64,000 nt of DNA from Candidatus Latescibacterota bacterium. GTDB lineage: Bacteria; Latescibacterota; UBA2968; UBA8231. The stretch covers positions 1,760,001 through 1,824,000 of the forward strand of contig CBDCDC010000002.1 in assembly GCA_965215195.1 (NCBI GenBank), written 5' to 3'. The translations under genes were made by a program, and so were the position numbers. Of this stretch, positions 18,918 to 29,754 are shown piece after piece. The notes beneath the pieces are model-generated. The model searched no databases, had not been told where the DNA came from, and saw only the letters and a program-made list of their open reading frames with translations. Numbering within the stretch: position 1 is the first letter of the stretch; each line of letters begins with the position of its first letter.

Positions 18918-19161
18918 ATGGAAATTCACAGTAAAAAAAAAAACACTACAATTTGCGATTTGTCTCAATAACGAGGGTTATGAGGCTTCGCTCGAAGTCG
19001 GAAAAGTGTATCGCGTACTGCCCGATCAGAAGGCCGCTACGCATGGGTACATCCGCATGGTGGATGAAAGTGGCGAAGATTACGCATTTGCTGCCAAGCG
19101 CTTTTACAAGGTCGAATTTCCTCCCCCGGTTGAAGCAACGCTCGATGCTGCGCTGCACTAA
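18918..19161 (+). pseudogene. Small conserved hypothetical gene (TA-associated type), frameshifted in an A11 tract
   Basis: The frame after the tract reads LQFAICLNNEGYEASLEVGKVYRVLPD...MVDESGEDY; ATG 18918 joins it only if the tract is A10. Confidence 0.7.
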
Positions 19162-19193
19162 GTCATACATGCGATACGAGGAGTTGTAACAAG

Positions 19194-21092
19194 ATGTCCG
19201 AAGACATTCAAACCGAAAATCCACAGGTCGAAAAACGGGCCTTTCAAACCGAGGTCCAACAGCTACTACACCTGCTGGTCCACTCGCTGTACACGCAAAA
19301 AGAAATTTTCTTGCGCGAGCTGATTTCCAACGCCTCGGACGCGCTGGACAAAATTCACCACCGCTCCCTGACCGACCGCAATATCCGCGACCCAGACGCC
19401 GAATTAGACGTTGAGATCGAGGTGTCGAGCAGCAACAAGACCCTGACCATCCGCGACCGGGGCATCGGCATGACCCGCGACGAGGTCCGCGAGAACATCG
19501 GCACTATTGCCCGCTCCGGCTCGGCCGAGTTTGCCCAACAGCTAGCCGCTGCCGACGACGAGCAAGAAAAGCTCAAGCTGATCGGCCAATTCGGGGTGGG
19601 CTTCTACTCGGTCTTTATGGTGGCCGACCGAGTGGTGCTCACCACGCGCTCGGCCGACCCAGACGCCGACGGGGTGCTGTGGGAATCCACCGGCGACGGG
19701 GCCTATACTCTATCCCACGCCGACAAGGCCGACCGCGGCACCGAGATCAAGCTCTACATCCGCTCGGACTGCGAGGAATTTCTCAACGCCCACCGGCTAG
19801 AGGCCATCATCCGCAAGCACTCGGATTTTGTCGCCTACCCCATCAAGGTCGCTGGCAAACAGGTCAACGACACGGCCGCGCTGTGGACCCGGCCGCGCAA
19901 CGAAATTACCCCCGAGCAATACCACGAGTTTTACACGCACCTGACTGGCGACCCAGACGAGCCGCTCGCGCACGAGCACATCGTCGTGGATGTGCCGATC
20001 CAATTCTACGCCGTGCTCTACATCCCCAAGCGCACACCGGCCCAATGGCTGCATGCGGAGCCGACGATCTCGCTCAACCTGCACGTTGCGCGAGTCTTTA
20101 TCCAAGACGACTGCAAGGAGCTTTTGCCGCTGTGGCTGCGCTTTGTGCGCGGCGTGGTCGACTGCGACGACTTGCCGCTCAACGTCTCGCGCGAAACCCT
20201 CCAGCAAAATCCCATCATCGCCAAAATCCGCGCCACCTTGGTGCGGCGCATCATGGGCATGTTAGAGGGCATGGCGAAAAAGGACGAGGACCAGTACATG
20301 GCCTTTTGGCATGCCTGCGGCACCATCCTCAAAGAGGGCGTGGGCACGGATGCCGCGCACCAAGCCCAGCTCGCCAAGCTCCTGCGCTACCGCTCCTCGC
20401 TGGCCGACGACGACACCCCCTACATTTCGCTGCAGAACTACGTCGATCGGATGCAGAGCGAGCAGGACAAGATCTACTACCTCGCCGGCGAGAGCAAAGA
20501 GGCCATCGCCCAAAGCCCCCTGTTGGAGGCCTTCCGCAAGCGCGGCCTAGAGGTGCTCTACCTCGACGAGCCGGTCGATGAATGGGTCGTCCAAGGGCTG
20601 CAAAAGTTCGCCGACAAAGAGTTCGCTGGCGTGGATGCGGCCGAACTGAACCTGGGCGAGGACGCAGTCGAGTTGGAGGGGGTCGATGAACAGAAGGCCG
20701 AGACCATTGAGCTGATCGCCTTCCTCGAGAACAAGCTCGCCGGCCGGGTCGCAGACGTGGTTGAGTCCAAGCGGCTGAGCGACAGCCCTTGCCTGCTGGT
20801 CGCCAGCCAAGGCGGCTTGAGCCGCAACATGGAGCGGCTGCTGAAAATGACCGACCACGAGTTCAAGGGCTCGCTGCGTACGCTAGAAATCAATCGCCAA
20901 CACCCCATCATCCGCAACATGGCCGCCGTGCTCAAGCGCGATCGCGACTCCGAGCAATTGGAGCGCTGGGCGCATTTTCTAATTGATTTCGTATTGTTAG
21001 GCGAGGGCACGGTCGAGGATCCGCAGCGGCTGAGCCAGACCTTGCAGTCCATCATGGGTGCGGCCACCGCACGCGCCGCCGAGGAGAGTTAG
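19194..21092 (+). CDS. htpG: Molecular chaperone HtpG (Hsp90)
   Basis: FLRELISNASDA, IGQFGVGFYS, LPLNVSRE. Confidence 0.97.
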   Translation: MSEDIQTENPQVEKRAFQTEVQQLLHLLVHSLYTQKEIFLRELISNASDALDKIHHRSLTDRNIRDPDAELDVEIEVSSSNKTLTIRDRGIGMTRDEVRENIGTIARSGSAEFAQQLAAADDEQEKLKLIGQFGVGFYSVFMVADRVVLTTRSADPDADGVLWESTGDGAYTLSHADKADRGTEIKLYIRSDCEEFLNAHRLEAIIRKHSDFVAYPIKVAGKQVNDTAALWTRPRNEITPEQYHEFYTHLTGDPDEPLAHEHIVVDVPIQFYAVLYIPKRTPAQWLHAEPTISLNLHVARVFIQDDCKELLPLWLRFVRGVVDCDDLPLNVSRETLQQNPIIAKIRATLVRRIMGMLEGMAKKDEDQYMAFWHACGTILKEGVGTDAAHQAQLAKLLRYRSSLADDDTPYISLQNYVDRMQSEQDKIYYLAGESKEAIAQSPLLEAFRKRGLEVLYLDEPVDEWVVQGLQKFADKEFAGVDAAELNLGEDAVELEGVDEQKAETIELIAFLENKLAGRVADVVESKRLSDSPCLLVASQGGLSRNMERLLKMTDHEFKGSLRTLEINRQHPIIRNMAAVLKRDRDSEQLERWAHFLIDFVLLGEGTVEDPQRLSQTLQSIMGAATARAAEES

Positions 21093-21094
21093 AC

Positions 21095-22405
21095 ATGTCC
21101 GATCAAGTGCGCCAACAAGCCCTAGCGGCCCGTGCAGCGTCGCGCACCCTCGCCGCGACGTCCGCGGAAGTCCGCAACCAAGCCCTCGAAGCTATTGCTG
21201 CGGCCCTCGAAGCAAATCGCACGCGCATCTTGGCCGCCAACGCCGAGGATCTAAAAGCCGCTGAGCAAGATGGGCTGGCCTCGCCCCTACTCAAGCGGCT
21301 CGACCTGAGCCACAAATTCGCCAGCACAGTGGCCATGGTGCGCGGGGTCTGCGCCCAGCCCGATCCCCTCGGCCAGACCCAGCGCGCGACCGAGCTAGAC
21401 GACCGGCTCCACCTCTACCGCGTGACCGTGCCCATCGGCGTGATCGGCGTGATCTTTGAATCCCGGCCCGACGCCTTGGTGCAGATCGCCTCCCTGTGCC
21501 TCAAGTCCGGCAATGCCGCCCTGCTCAAGGGGGGGCGCGAGGCCACCGCGACCAATCGGACCCTCGCCGAAGTAATGTGCCAAGCCACGCATGGCATCCT
21601 GCCAGCGGGGTGGATGGCGCTCTTGTCCGGCCGCGAGGAAGTCCGCGCCCTGCTCGGCGAGGAGGACCTCATCGACCTAATCATCCCGCGCGGCAGCAAC
21701 GAGTTTGTGCAATACATCATGCACAACACCAAGATCCCGGTCATGGGCCACGCCGACGGGGTATGCCACGTGTACGTCGATGCCAGCGCAGACCTAGACA
21801 AGGCCGTGCAGATCGCCGTTGATGCCAAGACCCAGTACGTGGCCGTGTGCAACGCGGCCGAGACCCTGCTCGTCCACAGCCGCATTGCCGCGGCCTTTTT
21901 GCAGCGGGCCGTGCCGGCGCTGCTGGCGAGGAACGTAGAGCTGCGCGGCGACGCCCGCGCCCGCGCCCTCGCCAACGCCAACGGGCAAGTCAAACCAGCC
22001 GCCGAAACCGACTGGTCCACCGAATACTTGGACTTGATGCTGGCGGTAAAAGTCGTCGATAGCACGGCCGAAGCCATCGAACACATCAACGCGTACGGCA
22101 GCCATCACACCGACGCGATCGTGGCCGAAGACCCGGCGACTGCGCACACCTTTTTACGCGAGGTGGATTCGGCCTCGGTGATTCACAATGCTTCGACGCG
22201 CTTTGCCGATGGCTTCAAATACGGGCTAGGGGCCGAGGTCGGCATTAGCACCAACCGCCTGCACAGCCGCGGCCCGGTGGGCCTAGAGGGCCTCGTCATC
22301 TACAAGTACATTCTCCAAGGGGACGGCCACACCGTCGATATGTACGACGGCCAGCAGCAGCGCCCCTTTACCCATCGCCCCCTCAACCAGCACTGGCAGG
22401 CCTGA
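21095..22405 (+). CDS. proA: Glutamate-5-semialdehyde dehydrogenase
   Basis: [35 protein letters not shown]. Confidence 0.96.
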   Translation: MSDQVRQQALAARAASRTLAATSAEVRNQALEAIAAALEANRTRILAANAEDLKAAEQDGLASPLLKRLDLSHKFASTVAMVRGVCAQPDPLGQTQRATELDDRLHLYRVTVPIGVIGVIFESRPDALVQIASLCLKSGNAALLKGGREATATNRTLAEVMCQATHGILPAGWMALLSGREEVRALLGEEDLIDLIIPRGSNEFVQYIMHNTKIPVMGHADGVCHVYVDASADLDKAVQIAVDAKTQYVAVCNAAETLLVHSRIAAAFLQRAVPALLARNVELRGDARARALANANGQVKPAAETDWSTEYLDLMLAVKVVDSTAEAIEHINAYGSHHTDAIVAEDPATAHTFLREVDSASVIHNASTRFADGFKYGLGAEVGISTNRLHSRGPVGLEGLVIYKYILQGDGHTVDMYDGQQQRPFTHRPLNQHWQA

Positions 22406-22406
22406 C

Positions 22407-22751
22407 ATGAGCGAGCACACCTACACTCCTGTGGAGCGCCACATCTTTCTCTGCGCCACCCCCACCAAGCCCAAGTGCCACAGCGACAGCACCGGGGCCG
22501 AGTGCTGGGAGTACCTGAAAAAGCGGCTGTCCGAACTGGGCTACGGCCATCCGGGCCGCGGCGGCGTCCACCGCACCAAGGCCGACTGCCTGCGCGTCTG
22601 CGAGTCCGGGCCGACGGTCGTGGTGTATCCCGAAGGCGTCTGGTATCACTCCATGACCGTCGAAAAGCTAGAGCGCATCATCCAGGAGCACTTGATCGGC
22701 GGGCAGGTGGTAGAAGATCTGGTCAACCGCGATCCATTCCGCAGCCTATAG
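22407..22751 (+). CDS. Thioredoxin-like [2Fe-2S] ferredoxin
   Basis: HIFLC...[18 protein letters not shown]. Confidence 0.88.
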   Translation: MSEHTYTPVERHIFLCATPTKPKCHSDSTGAECWEYLKKRLSELGYGHPGRGGVHRTKADCLRVCESGPTVVVYPEGVWYHSMTVEKLERIIQEHLIGGQVVEDLVNRDPFRSL

Positions 22752-22784
22752 TCGCACAAGGGCCGCAGCCGGCCACAAAAGCGC

Positions 22785-23969
22785 ATGGCGAGCAAATCCA
22801 AATCCAAACACATCGACCTAGAAATCAAGGACGCCAGCCTGATCTTCGCCCGCGTCTGGAGCGACCTAGAGGAAGAGTTTGGCCGCGCCAAGCTCTGCTT
22901 CCCCGGGGAAATTATCTGGCTCGGCGGCGCGCCCGGTGCTGGCAAGGGCACCAATACCCCCTTCATCCTCGAGGCGCGGGGCATTACGGCCGCAGCCGTG
23001 GTAGTCAGCGACTTGCTCGACAGCCCCCGCGCCCAACAGATCAAGACGGGCGGCGGCTTGGTCGGCGACGAGGAGGTTATCTACCTGCTCTTGCACAAGC
23101 TGCTCGATCCAATATACGAGCGCGGCGTGATCGTCGATGGCTTCCCGCGCACCCAAGTGCAGGTCGAATGCCTCAAGCTGTTCTACGACAAGATGACCGA
23201 ATTGCGCGAGGAATTTCGCAATCACAACTTCCCGCGCCCCCTCTTCCGCACGGTGTTGCTCTTCGTCGATGAAGAGGTCAGCGTTGAGCGCCAGCTCCAC
23301 CGCGGCCGGGTGGCCCAAGAGCACAATCGCAAGGCCGCGGAGTCAGGCGTCGGCCAACTCGCCGAGATCCGCGCCACCGATCTCGAGCCAGCGGCCGCGC
23401 GCAAGCGCTACCAAGTTTTCAAGGAGACGACCTTTGAGGCCCTGCGCTCGCTGCGCGCCATTTTTCACTTTCGCTTCATCGACGCCAGCCAGCCGCTCGC
23501 CAAGGTGCAACAGGAGATTGAGGAGGAGTTTTCCTACCAGAGTTCGCTGGAGCTTTCGCACAACACCTTCGACCGCGTCCGCACCATCACGCCGGCCAGC
23601 CGCCTCGTGCTCTACGCCCGCCAAGATCTAGTCAAGCGGCTGGAGATCTACAACGAGGATCATCCCGAGCTGTTCCAGCGGGTCATCGACAAAGTCAACT
23701 CCAAGTTCATGCCCATTGTCACCCGCTATGCCATTACCGGCATGACGCTCGTCAACTCCGAGGACGCGCTCTTTGACGCTCCTCTGGCCTTGGCCATGCT
23801 GATCGACATCTTTTCCGAGCGCGGCTATCAGGCTCTCGTCGATGTCAACCACGTCGAGGTCCCCCACCGCATCGACCCCCACACGCACGAAATTATCTGC
23901 CAGCAAAAGCGCGTCTATCGCTTTCAGATTCGCTTTGCGGCCTCGGCCATCCGGCGCGGGAGCGACTAG
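22785..23969 (+). CDS. adk: Extended adenylate kinase-like protein
   Basis: GAPGAGKGT P-loop, GGLVGD, VDGFPRT; long C-terminal extension. Confidence 0.7.
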   Translation: MASKSKSKHIDLEIKDASLIFARVWSDLEEEFGRAKLCFPGEIIWLGGAPGAGKGTNTPFILEARGITAAAVVVSDLLDSPRAQQIKTGGGLVGDEEVIYLLLHKLLDPIYERGVIVDGFPRTQVQVECLKLFYDKMTELREEFRNHNFPRPLFRTVLLFVDEEVSVERQLHRGRVAQEHNRKAAESGVGQLAEIRATDLEPAAARKRYQVFKETTFEALRSLRAIFHFRFIDASQPLAKVQQEIEEEFSYQSSLELSHNTFDRVRTITPASRLVLYARQDLVKRLEIYNEDHPELFQRVIDKVNSKFMPIVTRYAITGMTLVNSEDALFDAPLALAMLIDIFSERGYQALVDVNHVEVPHRIDPHTHEIICQQKRVYRFQIRFAASAIRRGSD

Positions 23970-24994
23970 CCCGGCCCGATCTGCCCCTCTTCGAGCATGG
24001 TAATCAGGGCCGAATCCTCCACGTCGAGGGGAAGCAACACCCGCCCACGGCCGCGACTCGACTCATAGGTGGCGAAAATCAGTTCGGTCGCTTGCAGGGC
24101 CTTGCGCCCAGACAGCCGCGGCTCCGCACCGCTGGCGAGACAGGCGATCAAATCAAGCACCGACAGCACGGTATCGCCGCCCGGCGGGACCACGTCGGCG
24201 ATCTCGGCAGCCGCAAAGTCCTGCCACCCGGCGCCCGCACGCAACAGCCGCAGGGGTGCGCGGGCCGCGCCGCCGACTTCGATGATGCCCTCGCTGCCGA
24301 CGAGGCGGGTGCGCGGGCCGTGGCCTTGGCCGTGGGCGGCACCCGTGACGAGCAGGCCCTCAACGCCGTTTTGCCAGCGGATCCACGACAGGCCGCTGGT
24401 CTCTAAGGGCACGCCAAAAACGGCCCTCTCGGATTCGACGGCGATCTGGCCCATGACCCATTCGGCCGGCACTTCGTCGTTGTAAAAGAAGAACATGTCA
24501 AACCAGTGCGTACCCCAATCAAACAAGTTGGCGCACGCGCCTTCGAGCCGCTGAAGCGCACCTATGGCCCCTTCGTCGAGCAACTGTTTGGCCTTGACAA
24601 ACGGGGCACCAAAGCGGCGCTGGTGGCAAAAGGTGAGGAGTACGCCGCGGTCCGCGCAGGCCCGGTACAGGGCCTTGGCGTCGCCCCACGTACTGGCCAT
24701 GGGCTTTTCGCAGTGGATGGCTTTGACGCCAGCCGCGGCCGCGGCTTCGACCATTTCGCGATGCTGGCCGGTCCACGTGCAGACGCTCACCACATCGAGG
24801 GCTTCGCGCGCTAGCATGGCGCGGTAATTTTCGTACGGGGCCGCCACGGCAAAGTCCTCGGCAAAAGATGCGCGGGCCGCTGCCACCGGGTCGGCACAGG
24901 CTGCGATGGCGACTTGGGCGGCGGCTTGGTAGCCTTCGGCGTGGGCGCGGCCACGCTTGCCGCAGCCGATCACCCCGGCTTTGTACTGAGTCAT
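23966..24994 (-). CDS. Gfo/Idh/MocA oxidoreductase
   Basis: IGCG, CEKPMA, DWGTH. Confidence 0.9.
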   Translation of the reverse strand: MTQYKAGVIGCGKRGRAHAEGYQAAAQVAIAACADPVAAARASFAEDFAVAAPYENYRAMLAREALDVVSVCTWTGQHREMVEAAAAAGVKAIHCEKPMASTWGDAKALYRACADRGVLLTFCHQRRFGAPFVKAKQLLDEGAIGALQRLEGACANLFDWGTHWFDMFFFYNDEVPAEWVMGQIAVESERAVFGVPLETSGLSWIRWQNGVEGLLVTGAAHGQGHGPRTRLVGSEGIIEVGGAARAPLRLLRAGAGWQDFAAAEIADVVPPGGDTVLSVLDLIACLASGAEPRLSGRKALQATELIFATYESSRGRGRVLLPLDVEDSALITMLEEGQIGPG

Positions 24995-25179
24995 TTTCTT
25001 CGCGCTCCTCAGCTTCCGGCTTTAGACAAAGCGGCGATTATTGTCATTATGCCCAAAATTGGTCTCCTGTGGTTTGGGTTTCCCTGTCCTGCTTGTCAAG
25101 CAAGTACCTAAGGGGCTTTACGGCCTTTAGGCTTAGAGGTAAGATAGGAAATCAACCCTACTATCAACAGGAGAACGCC

Positions 25180-26010
25180 ATGCCCATCACCGACGCCCTC
25201 CCCGACATGGAGCGCAAGCTCAAATTCTTCAGCGCGACCAACGACAATCCCCAAAAGCTCACCCGCGCCCAGATCCGCCAGTTCAACGAACAGGGCTATA
25301 TCTGTCCCTTGGACGTGTTCACGCCGGAGGAGGCTGCGGCCAATCGCCGCTATTTCGACGCGCTCATGGACGCGGCCGCGGCCAGCGGGCACAACAGCTA
25401 TTCGATCAATGGCTGGCATCGCCACTGCCGGGGCATCTACGACTTGTTGCACGAGCCGCGCATTCTCGATTGCGTCGAAGACCTCCTCGGCCCCAACCTC
25501 GTCAGCGTTATGACCCACTACTTTTGCAAGGAGCCGGGCGATCAAAAACAGGTCGTCTGGCACCAAGACGCCTCGTACTGGCCCCTGACCCCGAGCAAGG
25601 TGGTGACCGCTTGGCTGGCTATCGACGATGTGGATGAGGAAAACGGGCCGATGACCGTCGTCCCCGGCTCGCATTTGCACGGGCAGATTCCCTTTGAGCA
25701 CAGCACGGCCGAAGAGCAAAACGTCTTGGGGCAAAGCGTGCGCGATCCGCTCCGCTGGGGCGGCGAGCCAGTGGCCTTTACCATGCGCGCCGGCCAGATG
25801 TCCCTGCACACCGACCTGCTCTTGCACGGCTCGGCCCCCAACCGCTCCACGCGCCGCCGCTGCGGCCTGACCCTGCGCTACATGCCGCCCGAGGTGCGCA
25901 CCCGCGAAGCCAAGCGCGCCAACGGCTATATTTGCCGCGGCATTGACCCGAGCGGCTACTGGATCGACCTCCCCGTGCCGACCAGCGACGAGGTGCCCCC
26001 GAAGGCCTAG
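25180..26010 (+). CDS. Phytanoyl-CoA dioxygenase (PhyH) family protein
   Basis: WHQD, PGSH, HGSAPNRS; AGGAG RBS. Confidence 0.9.
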   Translation: MPITDALPDMERKLKFFSATNDNPQKLTRAQIRQFNEQGYICPLDVFTPEEAAANRRYFDALMDAAAASGHNSYSINGWHRHCRGIYDLLHEPRILDCVEDLLGPNLVSVMTHYFCKEPGDQKQVVWHQDASYWPLTPSKVVTAWLAIDDVDEENGPMTVVPGSHLHGQIPFEHSTAEEQNVLGQSVRDPLRWGGEPVAFTMRAGQMSLHTDLLLHGSAPNRSTRRRCGLTLRYMPPEVRTREAKRANGYICRGIDPSGYWIDLPVPTSDEVPPKA

Positions 26011-26015
26011 CTACC

Positions 26016-26963
26016 GTGCCCCTACCCGAAGCCTTTCGCGCCCGCTTGCAGTCCATACTCCCGGCCGAGCACTTTGCCGCCTGCTGGCAGAGCTTGACCG
26101 CTGAGCAGCCCACGGCCTTCCGCGCCAACGCGCTCAAAGGCGCACCTGACGCGCTCGGGGCCGAGCTAGCGGCTGCCGGCTTTGCGCTGACCCCGCTCGC
26201 TTGGAAGGCCGACGCCTTTGTCGTCCCGGCTGCCCAGCGCCGCGCCCTCACCGAGTGTGCGGCCGGCCGCGAAGGCCGGCTCTACATCCAAAACCCCTCC
26301 AGCATGGTGCCGCCGATTCTCCTGTCGCCGCAAAGCGAGGAGTGCATTCTCGACCTCGGGGCCGCCCCGGGCAGCAAGACCTTGCAGCTCGCCGAACTGA
26401 TGGGCAATCGAGGGCGCATCTGGGCCGTGGAGTCCGTGCGCGGCCGCTTCTTTCGCCTGCGCGACAACCTAGCGCGGCACGGGGCCAAAAACGTGCAAAT
26501 CCAGCTCGCCGACGGCACCCGCATCTGGCGTCGCCACCCAGAGCGCTTCGACCGCGTACTGCTCGACGCGCCGTGCTCGTCTGAAGGGCGATTCCGCGCC
26601 GATACGCCCAAAACCTATGCCTATTGGAGCGAGAAAAAGATCGCCGAGGCCAGCCGCAAACAGCGGCGACTCTGCTACTCGGCCGTGCAATGCCTCAAAC
26701 CGGGCGGGGTGTTGGTCTATTCGACCTGCACCTTTGCGCCCGAAGAAAACGAGGCCATCATCAACCGGATGCTGCGGCAGTTTGCCGGTGCCCTAACCGT
26801 CGAGGACATCGCGCTGCCTTTTGCCAACGTGGCGTCGGGCTTGAGCCAGTGGCGGGCCAAGGCGTTTGACGCGCAGGTGCAGCGGGCCAAGCGGATTCTG
26901 CCGCTGGGGGGCATGGAGGGGTTTTTCGCGTGTCGATTGCGGAAGACGGCGAGTACGAGGTAG
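26016..26963 (+). CDS. RsmB/RsmF (NOL1/NOP2) m5C RNA methyltransferase
   Basis: DLGAAPGSKT, LDAPCS, YSTCT, EENE. Confidence 0.9.
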   Translation: MPLPEAFRARLQSILPAEHFAACWQSLTAEQPTAFRANALKGAPDALGAELAAAGFALTPLAWKADAFVVPAAQRRALTECAAGREGRLYIQNPSSMVPPILLSPQSEECILDLGAAPGSKTLQLAELMGNRGRIWAVESVRGRFFRLRDNLARHGAKNVQIQLADGTRIWRRHPERFDRVLLDAPCSSEGRFRADTPKTYAYWSEKKIAEASRKQRRLCYSAVQCLKPGGVLVYSTCTFAPEENEAIINRMLRQFAGALTVEDIALPFANVASGLSQWRAKAFDAQVQRAKRILPLGGMEGFFACRLRKTASTR

Positions 26964-26984
26964 TAGGGGATGGCGCGAACAGTG

Positions 26985-27504
26985 GCTCGGCACCGGTGGC
27001 ATGAATGCGCTCGGCGATCTCCACCACTGGATTCAGCACACCGGTTTCGCTATTGGCAGCCATAACCGACGCGAAGAGGACATCGTCGCCGAGCAGATCG
27101 TCAAGCGCGTCGAGAGCAACGGCCCCGCCGCTGGTCACTGGGATCGCATTGACCTCAACGAGCGACTGAGCACTCAACCACCGAGCCGTCTCCCGCACCG
27201 AGGCGTGTTCCACCGAGGATACCAGAATTCGGCCCCGATCCGCTGGCCGACTGGCAACAATTCCGCTGAGAGCGAGGTTGTTGGCTTCGGTGGCCCCGGC
27301 CGTGAAAACAACGTGCGTTGGCCGGCCCCCGACGAGCGACGCGACGCGAGCGCGAGCCTCTTCGACCGCAGCAGCTTGCCGCCGACCGAACCGATGCGTA
27401 GATGAGGCATTGCCGTACCACTCGGCGAGAGCGGGCCACATGGCCTTGCCCACGCGGGGATCAAGCGGGGAGGAGCCGTTGTAGTCGAGGTAAACCTCGA
27501 TCAC
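26985..27504 (-). pseudogene. Truncated cysteine desulfurase (IscS/DndA-like), N-terminal half only
   Basis: YLDYN, YGNASS.H, GATEANN, EHAS, ANSETG; breaks before the D-x-x-Q and PLP-lysine motifs. Confidence 0.8.
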
Positions 27505-27600
27505 GATGCCACCTGCTTAGGTCAACGGATTGAACTGACACATACGGCCGAATTTTGTTCGCGGATTATAGCTAAAATCAAGCCATATACCTTGTATGCG

Positions 27601-29697
27601 TCAATCCAAAGGCCGCACTTCAACCCCCAACCCCCAAGTGCGGCCCGGGGCGGGTTCAAAAAAGCGGCCCCCAAAGGCGTTGGGCACCACCGAGCCGTTG
27701 TACCGGGCGGCAAACAGGTTCTCGACCGCGACAAAGGCCCGCACGGCGCGATAGTCAATCCCCAAGCGCAGATCGACTCGCAGGTACGTGCGGTTGAAGA
27801 ACTCGTCGGGCGCGGCATCGCTTCCGGGCGGAGGGCCGTTGAAATCGTTGGCCCAGTAGCGGCCAACCCGCTCTAATTCGACTTCGGCAAACAGGCCCTG
27901 CGGACTCTCGTAGCTCAGGGCGGCGAAAAGCCGGTGGCGCGGCACACCCGGCACCTCATTGCCAGCGAGCTGAACAAGTTCACCCGCGGCCTCAACCTCG
28001 TAGTCCGCAAAAACATAGTCGCCAAAGGTGTACGCGAGGGCCGCCCGCAGTCCAGAGAGCGGCACGGCCGACAGCGAGAGTTCCAACCCGCGATTGCGCG
28101 CTTGGCCGGCGTTGCGGAAGTAAATCTCCTCGCTGTCTTCACGCTCAACCTGAAAGGGAATCAGCGCGTCGGCGATCTGGAGTTGGTACAGGGCCACCTC
28201 CAGATCCAAGTGCCCCCGACGCACGTGGCGGCGCAAGCCCGTCTCCAACCCGAGGACGCGCTCCGGGCCTAGATCTGGATTGAAGCCGCCCTCGCCGCTG
28301 GGCCGGTTGCCCAATTCAGAGGTAGTGGGCGTCTGAAAAGCCGTAGCAATGTGGGCGTACCAACGGGAGAAGGGGTCAAGGCGGTACACCACGCCCGCCA
28401 TCGGACTGAACTGGCCCATGTCGCGGGCGAGGTCGTCCACGGCAAATCGGTAGCGGTCGTAGCGGCCGCCAACAGTCGCAGTCAGCGCGGCCCCCACATC
28501 CTTTTCCAGAGACACAAACGGCCCAAAGCTCCGCACCTGTTCCTCTTGATCCACTTGGCTATCGCCGTATTGCACGAGCGAGAAAACGCGCTCGTCGGCT
28601 ACCCGCTCGCCCGCGGGCAAGCCCTCGTTGGCGAACTCGCGGCGGTCGTCGCGCTGCAAGTCCAAGTCGAGGCCGGTCACGAGGCGCGTACCGGCCCAGG
28701 CAAATTGGTGCTCGGTGCGCAGGCCGGCGGCGCGGCGGTCGAGCTCGACAATGCGGCCCGGGATGGGGTTTTTGAGCGCACGGCCAACGCCGTACAGCAC
28801 GAGGCTCGAGGCGCGGTGGTGCGGCGCATGCGGTGGGCGATATTCGAGGCGGATGCCGCCTTGGGCCTGGCGAACCTGCTTGGAGGCCCCCTGCCCAACC
28901 ACGAATCCGCGCGCGCTGCGCGGGCGGACGCGGGCGGCTTCCGCGTCGAGCGAACTCGGATTGAACAAGTAGGGCGCATCGTATAAATGCAGCAGGAGCG
29001 TCAACTCAGTATGGGGGGTGAGGGCGTGGCCAACGCGGGCGTTGAGGCCGCGGGCGCGGGCGGCGGCGTGATCGCGGTAGCCCTCGCTGCGCAGGTCGTA
29101 CGCACTGGCGAATGCGTGGGTGTTAGCGGCTCGGCCCGCAAGGCTCGCCTGTGCGCGGAACAGGCCATCGCTGCCGGCGATCAAGCGCGGCACCACGCGC
29201 CAAGCCGCCTCGGCCGGAGCTTGGGTGTGGGCCGCGAGCACGCCACCGCCCGCATTGCCGTACAGGGAAGAGCTGGGGCCGCGCAGGACCTCGATGCGGC
29301 CCGTTGATCCCAAGTCGAGGTTGTTGAGCTGGCTCTGGCCATCGGGCATGGTCAGGGGAATGCCGTCGAGCAAGACCTTGATCCCGCGGACGCCAAAGGC
29401 CGCACGCGCCCCGAGACCGCGCATGCTGAGCCGGTCGCCTTGGGAAAAGTTGTGGCGGTTGGCCACGAACAGCCCGGGCACCGGACGCAGGGACTCGGCG
29501 AGCGAGAGCCCGGGCCGGGCGCGCCCGACATCCGCGACCACGGCCGTGGCGAGCGGCAGGTCAAATCCCTCGCGGGGGGCGCGCGTTGCCGTGACTTCGG
29601 TGGGGGGCAGTTGGTAGCGGGGTTTAGGATCGTCGGCGCGGGCAGCTACGGCGATCAGGAACAGCGCTAGACCCTGGATTAACTCGTTTTTTTTCAT
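27601..29697 (-). CDS. TonB-dependent receptor
   Basis: Plug motifs RGLGAR, LDGIP, IEVLRGPSS; C-terminal NLF...Y...PGR. Confidence 0.9.
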   Translation of the reverse strand: MKKNELIQGLALFLIAVAARADDPKPRYQLPPTEVTATRAPREGFDLPLATAVVADVGRARPGLSLAESLRPVPGLFVANRHNFSQGDRLSMRGLGARAAFGVRGIKVLLDGIPLTMPDGQSQLNNLDLGSTGRIEVLRGPSSSLYGNAGGGVLAAHTQAPAEAAWRVVPRLIAGSDGLFRAQASLAGRAANTHAFASAYDLRSEGYRDHAAARARGLNARVGHALTPHTELTLLLHLYDAPYLFNPSSLDAEAARVRPRSARGFVVGQGASKQVRQAQGGIRLEYRPPHAPHHRASSLVLYGVGRALKNPIPGRIVELDRRAAGLRTEHQFAWAGTRLVTGLDLDLQRDDRREFANEGLPAGERVADERVFSLVQYGDSQVDQEEQVRSFGPFVSLEKDVGAALTATVGGRYDRYRFAVDDLARDMGQFSPMAGVVYRLDPFSRWYAHIATAFQTPTTSELGNRPSGEGGFNPDLGPERVLGLETGLRRHVRRGHLDLEVALYQLQIADALIPFQVEREDSEEIYFRNAGQARNRGLELSLSAVPLSGLRAALAYTFGDYVFADYEVEAAGELVQLAGNEVPGVPRHRLFAALSYESPQGLFAEVELERVGRYWANDFNGPPPGSDAAPDEFFNRTYLRVDLRLGIDYRAVRAFVAVENLFAARYNGSVVPNAFGGRFFEPAPGRTWGLGVEVRPLD

Positions 29698-29754
29698 AGG
29701 ATTAAAGAACACTACGAAGAAATACAGACGCAAACCGGGAGTTGGGACAACGCC

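Noticed and set aside
18946-19224. ORF-track 92-aa (-) and 78-aa (+) ORFs
   Set aside because: The protein-like frame is a third, frameshifted one starting at 18918
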